From a virus (lineage: Duplodnaviria; Caudoviricetes), in the IMG/VR virus record IMGVR_UViG_3300037408_000392, positions 1 to 29,300 of that record: a DNA stretch of 29,300 bases; one strand, written 5' to 3'. A program made the position numbers and the translations under genes. Below the pieces are notes generated by a model, which ran no database searches, was not told the origin of the DNA, and was given only the letters and a program-made list of their open reading frames with translations. Shown one piece after another: positions 8,501 to 15,480 of this stretch. Within the stretch, counting starts at the first letter, position 1, and each line of letters opens with the position of its first letter.

Positions 8501-8715
8501 GCGCCGCCTGCCCAGCACCTGGCCTGCTGCTCGCTCCTGTCGTGGCAGCCCCGCCGGCTACCGCTCAGGCCACCGCTCCCGCGCCAGTGGCCGAGATGGT
8601 CCTGTGGAGTCCGGTCACCACGGCAGGGGCCTATTGCACGAGCATCGTCGCGAGCCGGGGAGGCACCGTGATCCCGGAGTCCCGCCTCACAACCCGCGTC
8701 CAGGAGGGCGCGTAG
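5548..8715 (+). CDS. 1055-aa fibre scaffold: N-terminal beta-sandwich, ~28 A/V/T/S/P repeats of 22-24 aa, inserted ConA/SPRY-like domain
   Basis: Repeat consensus ~V-x-A-x-P-A-T-A-S-A-x-A-P-x-P-x-V-S from 6217 to ~8600; globular insert at 6727-7203. Confidence 0.75.
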   Translation: MAAPLIEAADCTESGNNTATTSWDISRPAQADGDLIVVCLCSDANVTHTLPSSGPNSETINTISGSFGGTAQVVSVFWWKASGSATSGTITVTPSASEQWTACAFKVPAGEFDATTPIGASATNNDTVAGSTIDTPSFTAGSSDGGGRLVAWIGMDVVQVSTPASGWSMPASEDRGAMGGSLLTRDAEVTNSESIASASHTLVSNETGSVVAFVVRGPAGSPTVNAVTATASAAAPAPATSVSAIIQAVAGAASAVASVVSATITATAFAVAATAAPAAPAPGATGGTGGNATVESVVATASASVPADAPTLTATAYAPAGAASASAQAPVVAAVQNVDAVPAEASGGAPAPASSAGSGVAATTASASGSAPVSSVASGAVVSAQPATADARASDDIPVAWGAHASFSTASDGTVTRTATNGLSGTVTGPARSGNCWVEATATSNTQLAAIGLSYDDPADDFQNIDYYVLFGQDGIARHYENGSFVASLGSYVIGDTFRLEYVDVHAALPQSIQIIKNGTVVRGSLVAPSFPLIPCAWVNIQGATLGPCRQGAKPAVSAGATVAGTAGAAATEAVLPTVSGTGNGSVAGVVATAAASPPAPVASGTGTGEVAAQTATGSADAPAPALSGSAFVTGSTAASAADAPLPVVSTSGSASVTAVPAAASAGAVVDGAVISATTGAPTGTSTASALPPTASGTGDGAVAATTAIADGSAPSPTSTVSAEVAAVASESTTSASAPTVTGTGVSEVAAVPATVTAGVGVESPSVTATVGSVAAGAGASAISPAVAHDGFVAAVPATASADVEVSGDGSVSIEQGVDDPAEATASAVPPAVSAPGTVSGVAATASASAGVPSAAGTGQSEVGAITAQSVAAAVPPALAASSVVACPSPAAVAAAPVPVVSGTTVVEVVAVPAQASSAAQAPSLLVHSTVTTPAGIASAEAGVPSVAGTEAGEVAAIPATVSATVQPPAAAGGATVAAIPATAGAACPAPGLLLAPVVAAPPATAQATAPAPVAEMVLWSPVTTAGAYCTSIVASRGGTVIPESRLTTRVQEGA
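6217..8600 (+). repeat. Degenerate protein-level tandem repeat array (~28 units, mostly 66-72 nt)
   Basis: e.g. VNAVTATASAAAPAPATSVSAI, VAAQTATGSADAPAPALSGSAF, VAAIPATVSATVQPPAAAGGAT; DNA identity between units is low. Confidence 0.8.
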
Positions 8716-8716
8716 C

Positions 8717-9058
8717 ATGAGCTCCTTCTACCTGAAAGGACGCGACACCCGACCTACGATCGAGGTCCACCTTCTCGACCCCGACGGCACGGCACACGAC
8801 CTCACGGGCTCGTCCGCCTGGAAGATGCACGTCAGGATCGGCTCGTCCGTCCTCACGCGCGACATGACGCCCGACGTGGACCTGACCACGGGCATCGTGC
8901 GCTACGTCTGGCTCGCCACCGACTGGACGACCGGCACGCCTGTCCTGGCGGCGGGCACCTACCGCATGGAGTTCGAGGTGGTCGGCCCTGGCGGGGCGCG
9001 CATGACGTGGCCCAACGACGGCTTCGACCGCCTCGTCGTCACCGAGGATCTGGCGTGA
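8717..9058 (+). CDS. BppU-like (baseplate upper protein N-terminal type) Ig-like anchor protein
   Basis: FYLKGRDTRP...DLTG...GIVRYVW...GTYRMEFEV...TWPNDGF...VTEDL fits the stand-alone BppU_N-like family. Confidence 0.75.
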   Translation: MSSFYLKGRDTRPTIEVHLLDPDGTAHDLTGSSAWKMHVRIGSSVLTRDMTPDVDLTTGIVRYVWLATDWTTGTPVLAAGTYRMEFEVVGPGGARMTWPNDGFDRLVVTEDLA

Positions 9059-9378
9059 GCATCCTGCGCCCATGCTCGGCGCCGGGCTGCTCGGCCCTCG
9101 TGCGTCGAGGACGTTGCCCTAGGCACGCCCGCCCCACGCGCTGGGGTCGAGGCAACACGGGCAACCAGCGCAGCTCGGCCATGCGTGCGCGCGTGCTGCA
9201 CGAGGAGCCCGCCTGCCGCTACTGCGGGGCGCGGGCCACCCAGGTCGACCACGTCGTGCCACTTGCCCGGGGGGGCAGCAGCGGGCGCCACAACCTGGCC
9301 GGCGTGTGCGAACCGTGCCATCGGGCGAAGACTCAGGTCGAGAGCCGCGCAAGGTTTGCAGGCGGGGTGAGAGCGTGA
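9055..9378 (+). CDS. HNH endonuclease (HK97 gp74-like packaging cofactor)
   Basis: PCSAPGC...CPRH N-terminus; CRYC...VDHVVPLARGG...NLAGVCEPCHRAKT; directly upstream of terS; GTG at 9055 overlaps the previous stop. Confidence 0.9.
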   Translation: MSILRPCSAPGCSALVRRGRCPRHARPTRWGRGNTGNQRSSAMRARVLHEEPACRYCGARATQVDHVVPLARGGSSGRHNLAGVCEPCHRAKTQVESRARFAGGVRA

Positions 9379-9482
9379 CCCGGTATACGTCAATGCTCGC
9401 CGGCAGCGGTACCGCTTGGGGGGGCTTTAGCCGTGTGTACGCTTCCCACACCACCCGAAAGCGGAAAAAGGTGCGCTAGCTG
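9379..9482. other. Probable cos/packaging initiation region
   Basis: Non-coding gap between HNH and terS, the canonical cos position in HK97-like phages; contains the perfect palindrome AGCGGTACCGCT (9405-9416), a G7 run and GTGTGTACG. Confidence 0.55.
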
Positions 9483-10016
9483 ATGCCCACCCCACTCAAG
9501 CCGCAGGGATTGCGGCAGCGCAGGAACAAGGCGACGACGCGCTCATCCCTGCGCGCCACGTCGGCGAAGGCTCCTGCGCTCCCGATGCGCGCGTGTCCCT
9601 GTGGTGGAGCGGCGCCGCAGCCACGCAAGCGCACGGGCCGCCCGCGCAAGCAGCGCTCGGCCTGCGCGATCTGCGACGGGACGGGGCTGCGGCCCTGGCA
9701 TCACCTGACGAAAGCATGGTGGTCGCGGGTGTGGTCCTCGCCGATGGGGCCCGAGTACATCGAGGCCGACCTTGATGGGCTTTACATCACTGCGGGCCTC
9801 GTCGACGTGTTCTGGCACACGGGCGGCACGGACGCGCGGATCGCGGGCGAGATCCGCCAGCAGATGGCGCGTTTCGGCATGTCGCCGCTTGATCGGCGCC
9901 GTCTCGAGTGGACGATCGAGCGTTCGGACGAGGACGACCAGGCCGCGAGTTCCTCTTCGCCCCCGCCGCAGGCCCCCGGCACGGACGCGCGGGCGATCTT
10001 GAGGGCGGTCAAGTGA
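9483..10016 (+). CDS. terS: Terminase small subunit
   Basis: RQRRNK N-terminus; WH..TKAWW..VWSSPM; EIRQQMARFGMSPLDRRRLEW; directly upstream of and overlapping terL. Confidence 0.85.
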   Translation: MPTPLKPQGLRQRRNKATTRSSLRATSAKAPALPMRACPCGGAAPQPRKRTGRPRKQRSACAICDGTGLRPWHHLTKAWWSRVWSSPMGPEYIEADLDGLYITAGLVDVFWHTGGTDARIAGEIRQQMARFGMSPLDRRRLEWTIERSDEDDQAASSSSPPPQAPGTDARAILRAVK

Positions 10017-11695
10017 GTGTCCTCGTCGTGCCGGTGATGGAGCCCGAGGGGCAGGAGTGGCCGAGCCTCGGCGCCCAGGTGGTCGCCTGGATCGAGCGCC
10101 ATCTGGTGTTCGGGCCCGGGGACCTGCGGGGGCAGCCGGCGCGTGTCGACGACGAGAAGCGAGCTCTGATCGGGCGCATTTACGAGGTCTATCCCCGGGT
10201 ACACGAGCAGGCCGGACGACGCCGCTTCAAGCGGTGCGCGCTGTCCCTGCGGAAGGGCTCGGCGAAGACGGAGCTCGCGGCTTGGCTCGCCGCGGCCGAG
10301 CTCCACCCGAAAGCCCCGGTGCGCTGCCTCGGGTGGGACGACCGGGCCTGCGAGGTCCACGGGAAGGTGCGGAGGAAGGCCGCGGCCTGCGCCTGCCACC
10401 CGATCGGCGGGGGCGTGCGCGACCCGTTCATCCCGATCGTGGCCTACACCGAGGAGCAGTCCGAAGAGCTCTGCTACGGCGCTCTCAAGGCGATCCTCGA
10501 GGAGAGCCGCACCATCGCGAAGGACTTCGACATCGGCCTCGAGCGGGTGATGCGGGTCAGGGGCGACGGGAAGGCCCTCCCGGTCTCGACGGCTCCGGGT
10601 CCGCGTGACGGCGCGCGGACCACGTTCCAGGTCTTCGACGAGACGCACCGAATGGCGCTGCCGCGACTGAAGAAGGCCCACCAGACGATGCTAGCGAACA
10701 TGCCGAAGCGGCGAGCCTCGGACGCCTGGTCCCTCGAGACGACAACTGCCTACGCGCCGGGCGAGCTCTCGATCGCTGAGGGGACGATGCACTACGCCGA
10801 GCAGGTGGCGGAAGGGCGGGTCCGTGACTCCCGGCTGTTTTTCTTCCACCGCCAAGCGAGCGACGGCCACGACCTCACGACGCCCGAGGGGATCAAGGCC
10901 GCGGTCATCGAGGCGAGCGGCCCGGTGGCGCCGTGGTCGGACATCGACTCGATCGTGGCGCAGTGGAACGACCCCGACGCCGACCGCTCCTTTCTCGAGC
11001 GGGTGTGGCTGAACCGGATCGTGCGGGCATCGGAACGGGCCTTCAACATCGAGGCCTTCAAGGAACTGGGCCTTGAAGGCTACCGGCCGGAGAAGGGCGC
11101 CCTGATCACGCTCGGCTTCGACGGCGCGCGCTACCACGACTCGACAGGGATCGTCGGGACGGACGTTCTCACCGGGACGCAGTTCGTGCTCGGGTGCTGG
11201 GAACAGGACCCCCTGGCCGAGGAGTGGGAAGTTCCGCAGGCCGAGGTCGAGCAGGCCGTCGCCTTCGCCTTCAACGAGTGGGACGTGTTCCGCATGTACT
11301 GCGACCCGCCCTACTGGGAGACGGTCGTCTCGAAGTGGGCGGGCGAGTACGGTGAAAAACGTGTCGTCAGCTTTCGCACGAACCAGTTCCGCAAGATGGC
11401 CGACGCCGTCCGGTCCTTCTCGAACGCCCAGGCGACAGGCGAGCTCCACCACGACGGCGATGCGCGCTACATCCGCCACGTCGGGAACTGCCACCGCCGC
11501 GAGCTCTACGGGAAGGACGACGAGGGCCGTCCGCTCTGGGTGGTCTACAAGGACCGCCACGGTTCGCCGAATAAGATCGACCTCGCCGTCGCGGGGGTCC
11601 TGTCCTGGGAGGCTCGCCGGGCCGCGCTGGCAGAAGGTGCGGGCGTGCCGAAGCCACATTCCGTCTACGAGTCCCGCGGCCTGGTGACGCTGTGA
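10013..11695 (+). CDS. terL: Terminase large subunit
   Basis: Walker A RKGSAKT, Walker B FQVFDETH, motif III ETTTA, nuclease LGFDG...DSTG and KIDLAVA; start GTG at 10013 (GTGA overlap). Confidence 0.95.
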   Translation: MSVLVVPVMEPEGQEWPSLGAQVVAWIERHLVFGPGDLRGQPARVDDEKRALIGRIYEVYPRVHEQAGRRRFKRCALSLRKGSAKTELAAWLAAAELHPKAPVRCLGWDDRACEVHGKVRRKAAACACHPIGGGVRDPFIPIVAYTEEQSEELCYGALKAILEESRTIAKDFDIGLERVMRVRGDGKALPVSTAPGPRDGARTTFQVFDETHRMALPRLKKAHQTMLANMPKRRASDAWSLETTTAYAPGELSIAEGTMHYAEQVAEGRVRDSRLFFFHRQASDGHDLTTPEGIKAAVIEASGPVAPWSDIDSIVAQWNDPDADRSFLERVWLNRIVRASERAFNIEAFKELGLEGYRPEKGALITLGFDGARYHDSTGIVGTDVLTGTQFVLGCWEQDPLAEEWEVPQAEVEQAVAFAFNEWDVFRMYCDPPYWETVVSKWAGEYGEKRVVSFRTNQFRKMADAVRSFSNAQATGELHHDGDARYIRHVGNCHRRELYGKDDEGRPLWVVYKDRHGSPNKIDLAVAGVLSWEARRAALAEGAGVPKPHSVYESRGLVTL

Positions 11696-12273
11696 AGGAG
11701 GTGCGAGTGGGGCGTGAGCTGTTGATCGGATGCGGGTCGCAGAGGGACAAGCGCCTCCGGCCGCCTGGGCGGCCGTTCGAGTGGGAGAACCTGACCACTC
11801 TCGACTGGAACGCCAGGCACCAGCCGGACGTCGTCCACGACCTCGAGGTCCTGCCGTACCCGTTCGACGACAACACGTTCGACGAGGTCCACGGCTACGA
11901 GGTGATCGAACATCTCGGCCAGCAGGGCGACTTCCGCGCCTTCTTCTCGCAGTTTCAGGAGCTTTGGCGCATCCTGAAGCCGGGCGGCTTCCTGTGCGCG
12001 ACCTGTCCCAGTTACCGCTCGATGTGGGCCTGGGGCGATCCGAGTCACCGCCGGGTCATCACGTCCGGGTCGCTCGTGTTCCTGAGCCAGGCGCAGTATC
12101 GCACCCAGGTGGACGGGGACCCCCTCGGCCCGCGGACCTCGATGAGCGACTTCCGCTTCTGCTACTCCGGGGACTTCGAGCCCGCCCGGGAGACGGCCTA
12201 CGGTCGGGCACTGGTGTCCGAGGACGACCAGAACCTCTGGTTCATCCTCCAGGCGGTGAAGCATGGGGCGTGA
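11692..12273 (+). CDS. Class I SAM-dependent methyltransferase (Methyltransf_11-like)
   Basis: Motif I LIGCG; HDLEVLPYPFDDNTFDEVHGYEVIEHL; ELWRILKPGG; AWGDPSH. Confidence 0.85.
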   Translation: MKEVRVGRELLIGCGSQRDKRLRPPGRPFEWENLTTLDWNARHQPDVVHDLEVLPYPFDDNTFDEVHGYEVIEHLGQQGDFRAFFSQFQELWRILKPGGFLCATCPSYRSMWAWGDPSHRRVITSGSLVFLSQAQYRTQVDGDPLGPRTSMSDFRFCYSGDFEPARETAYGRALVSEDDQNLWFILQAVKHGA

Positions 12274-13021
12274 TGCCAGGGTCGCCGGGGGGTCGTGGAG
12301 GGATCGGAAGGTGGTGTTCGGCTACCCGTGCGGGGGCTCCGTGACGGTGCCGTTTCACGCCTCATGCCTGCGCTTGGTGGCCCACGAGCTCGGGAAGCCC
12401 GAGAAGGCCCGACTGCTGACGAAGATGACGCACGCTTCGGGGCTCTACGTGGGCGACAACCGCATGACCCTCGCCGAGAACATGCTCGAAACCGAGGCGA
12501 ACTGGCTCCTACAGGTCGACACGGACATCGAGTTCCAGCCCGACCTGATCGAGAAGATGCTCGACGTGGCCGGCTCGGAGCGAAAGATCGTGGCGGCGTC
12601 CGTCCCTCTGGGAGAGGCCTACCCGACCTGTGGATTCCGGTGGACGGGGAAGCCCGGGATCTACGATTCGATCCCGATCGGCGTGGAGCCCGTCGAGGTG
12701 GACGCCATCGCCACGGCCTGTGTCCTCATCCACCGCGACGTGTTCGAGGGCATTGCCGACCAACACGGGCAGAGCTGGTTCCACGCCATCCACCTGGCGA
12801 AGTCGCCGCCCGGCACACCGCCGCGCGACTTCGCCTACGTGGTGAACGGCGAGGACATCGCCTTCTCGATGAGGGCGAAAGCCGCGGGCTTCAGGATCTG
12901 GTGTGTCCACCTTCCGGGCCTCGGGCACTACAAGACCCGCCGGCTGTCGCACGACGACGAGCGGTCGGTGGCGCTCGGACAGTCCATGCCCGGCATGGGC
13001 GTGCTGGTACAGGAGAACTGA
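12263..13021 (+). CDS. GT-A fold (GT2-like) glycosyltransferase
   Basis: WLLQVDTDIEF (DxD), EVDAIATACVLIHRDVF, GEDIAFSMRAKAAGFRIW...LGHYK. Confidence 0.85.
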   Translation: MGRDARVAGGSWRDRKVVFGYPCGGSVTVPFHASCLRLVAHELGKPEKARLLTKMTHASGLYVGDNRMTLAENMLETEANWLLQVDTDIEFQPDLIEKMLDVAGSERKIVAASVPLGEAYPTCGFRWTGKPGIYDSIPIGVEPVEVDAIATACVLIHRDVFEGIADQHGQSWFHAIHLAKSPPGTPPRDFAYVVNGEDIAFSMRAKAAGFRIWCVHLPGLGHYKTRRLSHDDERSVALGQSMPGMGVLVQEN

Positions 13022-13022
13022 G

Positions 13023-14696
13023 ATGGGCTTCCGTGACTGGCTTTCGTGGCGCCGCACCGAAAAGCGGGAAATCTCCCTGGAGAAGTTCCGGGGGCTGGGC
13101 CTGCTCGATGCTCCGACCGCGGCCGGCGTCGTGGTCACGGAGTCCAACGCGCTCACCTTTCCGGCCTACTGGTCGGGCGTCAACCTGATCTCCAACGCCA
13201 TCGCGAAGCTCCCGCGGAAGGTGTACAGGAAGACGGAGGAGGGCGACCGCGAGGAGCAGCCGGACCATCCGGTCTCGTGGCTCGTCCACGTTGAGCCCAA
13301 CCCCTACAGCGTCCCGCTCGTGTTCTGGCGAACGCTCATGGGCCACGTGCTCACCTGGGGCAACGGCTACGCCGAGATCGAGCGCGACCGGGCCAACCGG
13401 CCCGTCGGCCTGTGGATCATCCAGCCCGACCGGATCGAGCCGGTGGTCGAAGGCGGGACGCTCTACTACCGATACCAGGCGGCGAAGCGGCTCGCGCCCT
13501 CGGACGTGCTGCACGTGCCCGGCCTCGGCTTCGACGGGATCAAGGGCTATTCGGTCGTTCAGATGGCGAAGCAGAGCCTCGGGCTCGGGATGGCTGCGGA
13601 GCGGTACGGGGCCACCTTCTTCGGGAATGGAGCGATGCCTGGCATGACGCTCGAGCACCCCGGCCAGCTCGGCGAGGCGGCGCAGCAGCGCCTCCGAGAG
13701 TCGTGGAACGCCATGCACCAGGGGCCGGACAGGGCGCACCGCCTCGCCATCCTCGAGGAGGGGATGAAGGCAAACCCGCTGTCGATCCCGGCGAAGGACG
13801 CACAGCTCATCGAGACGCGCGAGGTGCAGGTCCTCGACGTGGCGCGGTGGCTCAACATCAACCCGGCCATGCTCGGGTACAAGACGGCCGAGCGGCCCGG
13901 GGGCAACTACGAGGCCGGCCGCCTGGACTTCCTCGACAACACCCTCGACCCCTGGCTCGTCGCGGTCGAGCAGGAGTGCAACCGCAAGCTCATCTCGTCG
14001 ACTCAGCGGGGGACCTACTACGTGGAGCATTCCCGGAACGCCGTGCTCAGGACCGACGCGAAGACCCGGGCCGAGGTCCAGAAGATGTACGTCGACATGG
14101 GCGCCCTCGATGCGGCGTACGTGGCGAAGATGGAGAACTTCCCGAAGCCGGAGCCGATCCCGCAGCCGCCCCCGGACTCGTCTGCGGACACGGAGGAGCC
14201 GCCGGACGACGAGCCGGATGAGGACGATTCTTTGCGGCGGCGGCGAAAGCCGGAAGGTGCAGGCCCGGATCGGGACTATGGGTGCGATTCGAGGGTTGCT
14301 GTGCGCTACGAAAGGTTCCTTCAAAGAGCGGCCTGGCGCCGCCTCGTCGTCGACGTGGTCCACCGGATGACGCGTCTGGAGTCCGAACGCGCCCGCAGGG
14401 CGGCAGGGCAGGGCTCGGAGAAGTTTCAGGCCTGGATCGACGAGTTCTACCCGGCCCACGAGGTGAGGCTCCGCGAAGCCCTAGAGCCTGTCGTCCGGGG
14501 CTGGTGTGAGGTGAGGGGGCAGGACCACTGGCAGGCTTTGCTCGGGTCTGTCGTGGCGGCCCTGGTGGTCAGGAATCGGGAGGAGTTGCTCGAAGCGAAG
14601 AGCAGCGTCCTCGCGGCCGACGTCGAGGCCCGGGTCAGCCGGTGGGAGAGGGAGCGGCCAGACGAGGCCGCCGACATGGTTCTGGAGGGCGCGTGA
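13023..14696 (+). CDS. HK97-family portal protein with a long C-terminal extension
   Basis: V..ISNAIAKLP, EPNPY, WGNGYAEI, DVLHVPG..FDGIKGYS, FFGNGAMPG, ILEEGMK, TLDPWL; start ATG at 13023 (AGGAG SD). Confidence 0.95.
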   Translation: MGFRDWLSWRRTEKREISLEKFRGLGLLDAPTAAGVVVTESNALTFPAYWSGVNLISNAIAKLPRKVYRKTEEGDREEQPDHPVSWLVHVEPNPYSVPLVFWRTLMGHVLTWGNGYAEIERDRANRPVGLWIIQPDRIEPVVEGGTLYYRYQAAKRLAPSDVLHVPGLGFDGIKGYSVVQMAKQSLGLGMAAERYGATFFGNGAMPGMTLEHPGQLGEAAQQRLRESWNAMHQGPDRAHRLAILEEGMKANPLSIPAKDAQLIETREVQVLDVARWLNINPAMLGYKTAERPGGNYEAGRLDFLDNTLDPWLVAVEQECNRKLISSTQRGTYYVEHSRNAVLRTDAKTRAEVQKMYVDMGALDAAYVAKMENFPKPEPIPQPPPDSSADTEEPPDDEPDEDDSLRRRRKPEGAGPDRDYGCDSRVAVRYERFLQRAAWRRLVVDVVHRMTRLESERARRAAGQGSEKFQAWIDEFYPAHEVRLREALEPVVRGWCEVRGQDHWQALLGSVVAALVVRNREELLEAKSSVLAADVEARVSRWERERPDEAADMVLEGA

Positions 14697-15295
14697 TGGA
14701 GAAGATCGAGAGCCGCATCATGGTCGGCGGGCTGGAGCTCCGGGTCGCCGCCGAGGCGCCGCCCAAGCTGGTCGGCTACGCCGCAAAGTTCGGGGTCTGG
14801 AGCGAGGACCTCGGTGGTTTCCGCGAGCAGCTCGCCCCAGGCGCATTCGACAAGGTGCTCCAGGGCCAGCCAGACGTCCGGCTCTTGGTGAACCACGAGG
14901 GAATGGTTCTGGCCCGCTCGACGAAAGGCACGCTGACTCTGTCGACGGACGCAGTCGGCCTCCGCGTGGAGGCCGAGCTCCCTGCTCACGCCGCGGCCCT
15001 GGCTGAGGCCGTGAAGCGGGGCGACATGGACCAGATGTCCTTCGGATTCCGTGTGGCGTCGGGCGGGTCGGTCTGGAATCTGGACACGGACCCGGCCGAG
15101 AGGACCATCACAGAGGTCGAGGAGCTGCTGGACGTGTCTGTCGTCAACTTCCCGGCTTACCCCCAGACCGAGGTCGCGCTGCGGGCGCTCGAAGCGGCGA
15201 GGGGAGCCGCCCCGGCACCGCCGCAGCCTGCGCCGCCCCTCGAGCGCCTTGCCCTGGAGATCGAGCTGCTTGATCGCGCCAAAGCTCTTGACTAG
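14696..15295 (+). CDS. HK97-type prohead maturation protease (S78)
   Basis: GYAAKF...GGFREQLAPGAF, LLVNH, MSFGF, DVSVVNFPAYPQT. Confidence 0.95.
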   Translation: MEKIESRIMVGGLELRVAAEAPPKLVGYAAKFGVWSEDLGGFREQLAPGAFDKVLQGQPDVRLLVNHEGMVLARSTKGTLTLSTDAVGLRVEAELPAHAAALAEAVKRGDMDQMSFGFRVASGGSVWNLDTDPAERTITEVEELLDVSVVNFPAYPQTEVALRALEAARGAAPAPPQPAPPLERLALEIELLDRAKALD

Positions 15296-15306
15296 CGTGG
15301 TAATCT
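15270..15306 (+). promoter_or_regulatory. Candidate promoter for the capsid transcript
   Basis: TTGATC-N17-TAGCGT (15270-15298) and an extended -10 TGgTAATCT (15298-15306) in a locally AT-richer patch. Confidence 0.3.
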
Positions 15307-15323
15307 GACCACAGGAAGACGTA

Positions 15324-15467
15324 GAGCACCCGGCCGTCAGCCCGGCGAGGGCGGCGAACGGGGCCGAGCGTGACCGTAGCTCGACGCGGGCGCGGATCAC
15401 GGCAGTCACCGAAAGGTTTCTGCCAGTGGTCGCGCCCGTTCGCATTCTCGGGCCTCCGCTGGCGCTC
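15324..15467 (+). promoter_or_regulatory. Structured 5' leader of the major capsid gene (multi-stem, GAAA tetraloop)
   Basis: Long hairpin 15386-15439 capped by ACC-GAAA-GGT, plus further stems; ends just before the GAGGAGG SD. Confidence 0.55.
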
Positions 15468-15480
15468 AGAGGAGGACGAG

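Noticed and set aside
6217-8600. CRISPR array or DGR template/variable repeats
   Set aside because: The repeats exist only at protein level. I found no identical DNA repeats with spacers, no adenine-specific repeat pair and no reverse transcriptase or cas gene.
11692-12273. DNA methyltransferase of a restriction-modification or anti-restriction system
   Set aside because: No DPPY/NPPY or PC catalytic motif, too short, and paired with a glycosyltransferase.
14225-14335. Possible ribozyme or intron in the portal linker (CGGC-GAAA-GCCG)
   Set aside because: Only a 4-bp stem; no hammerhead, twister or intron core motifs; the reading frame stays open.
15370-15480. N-terminal extension of the capsid protein given by the ORF track (similar over-extensions at 45, 587, 9908, 12903, 17174, 20063)
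   Set aside because: SD sequences, stop/start overlaps and codon bias support the downstream starts used in the feature list.
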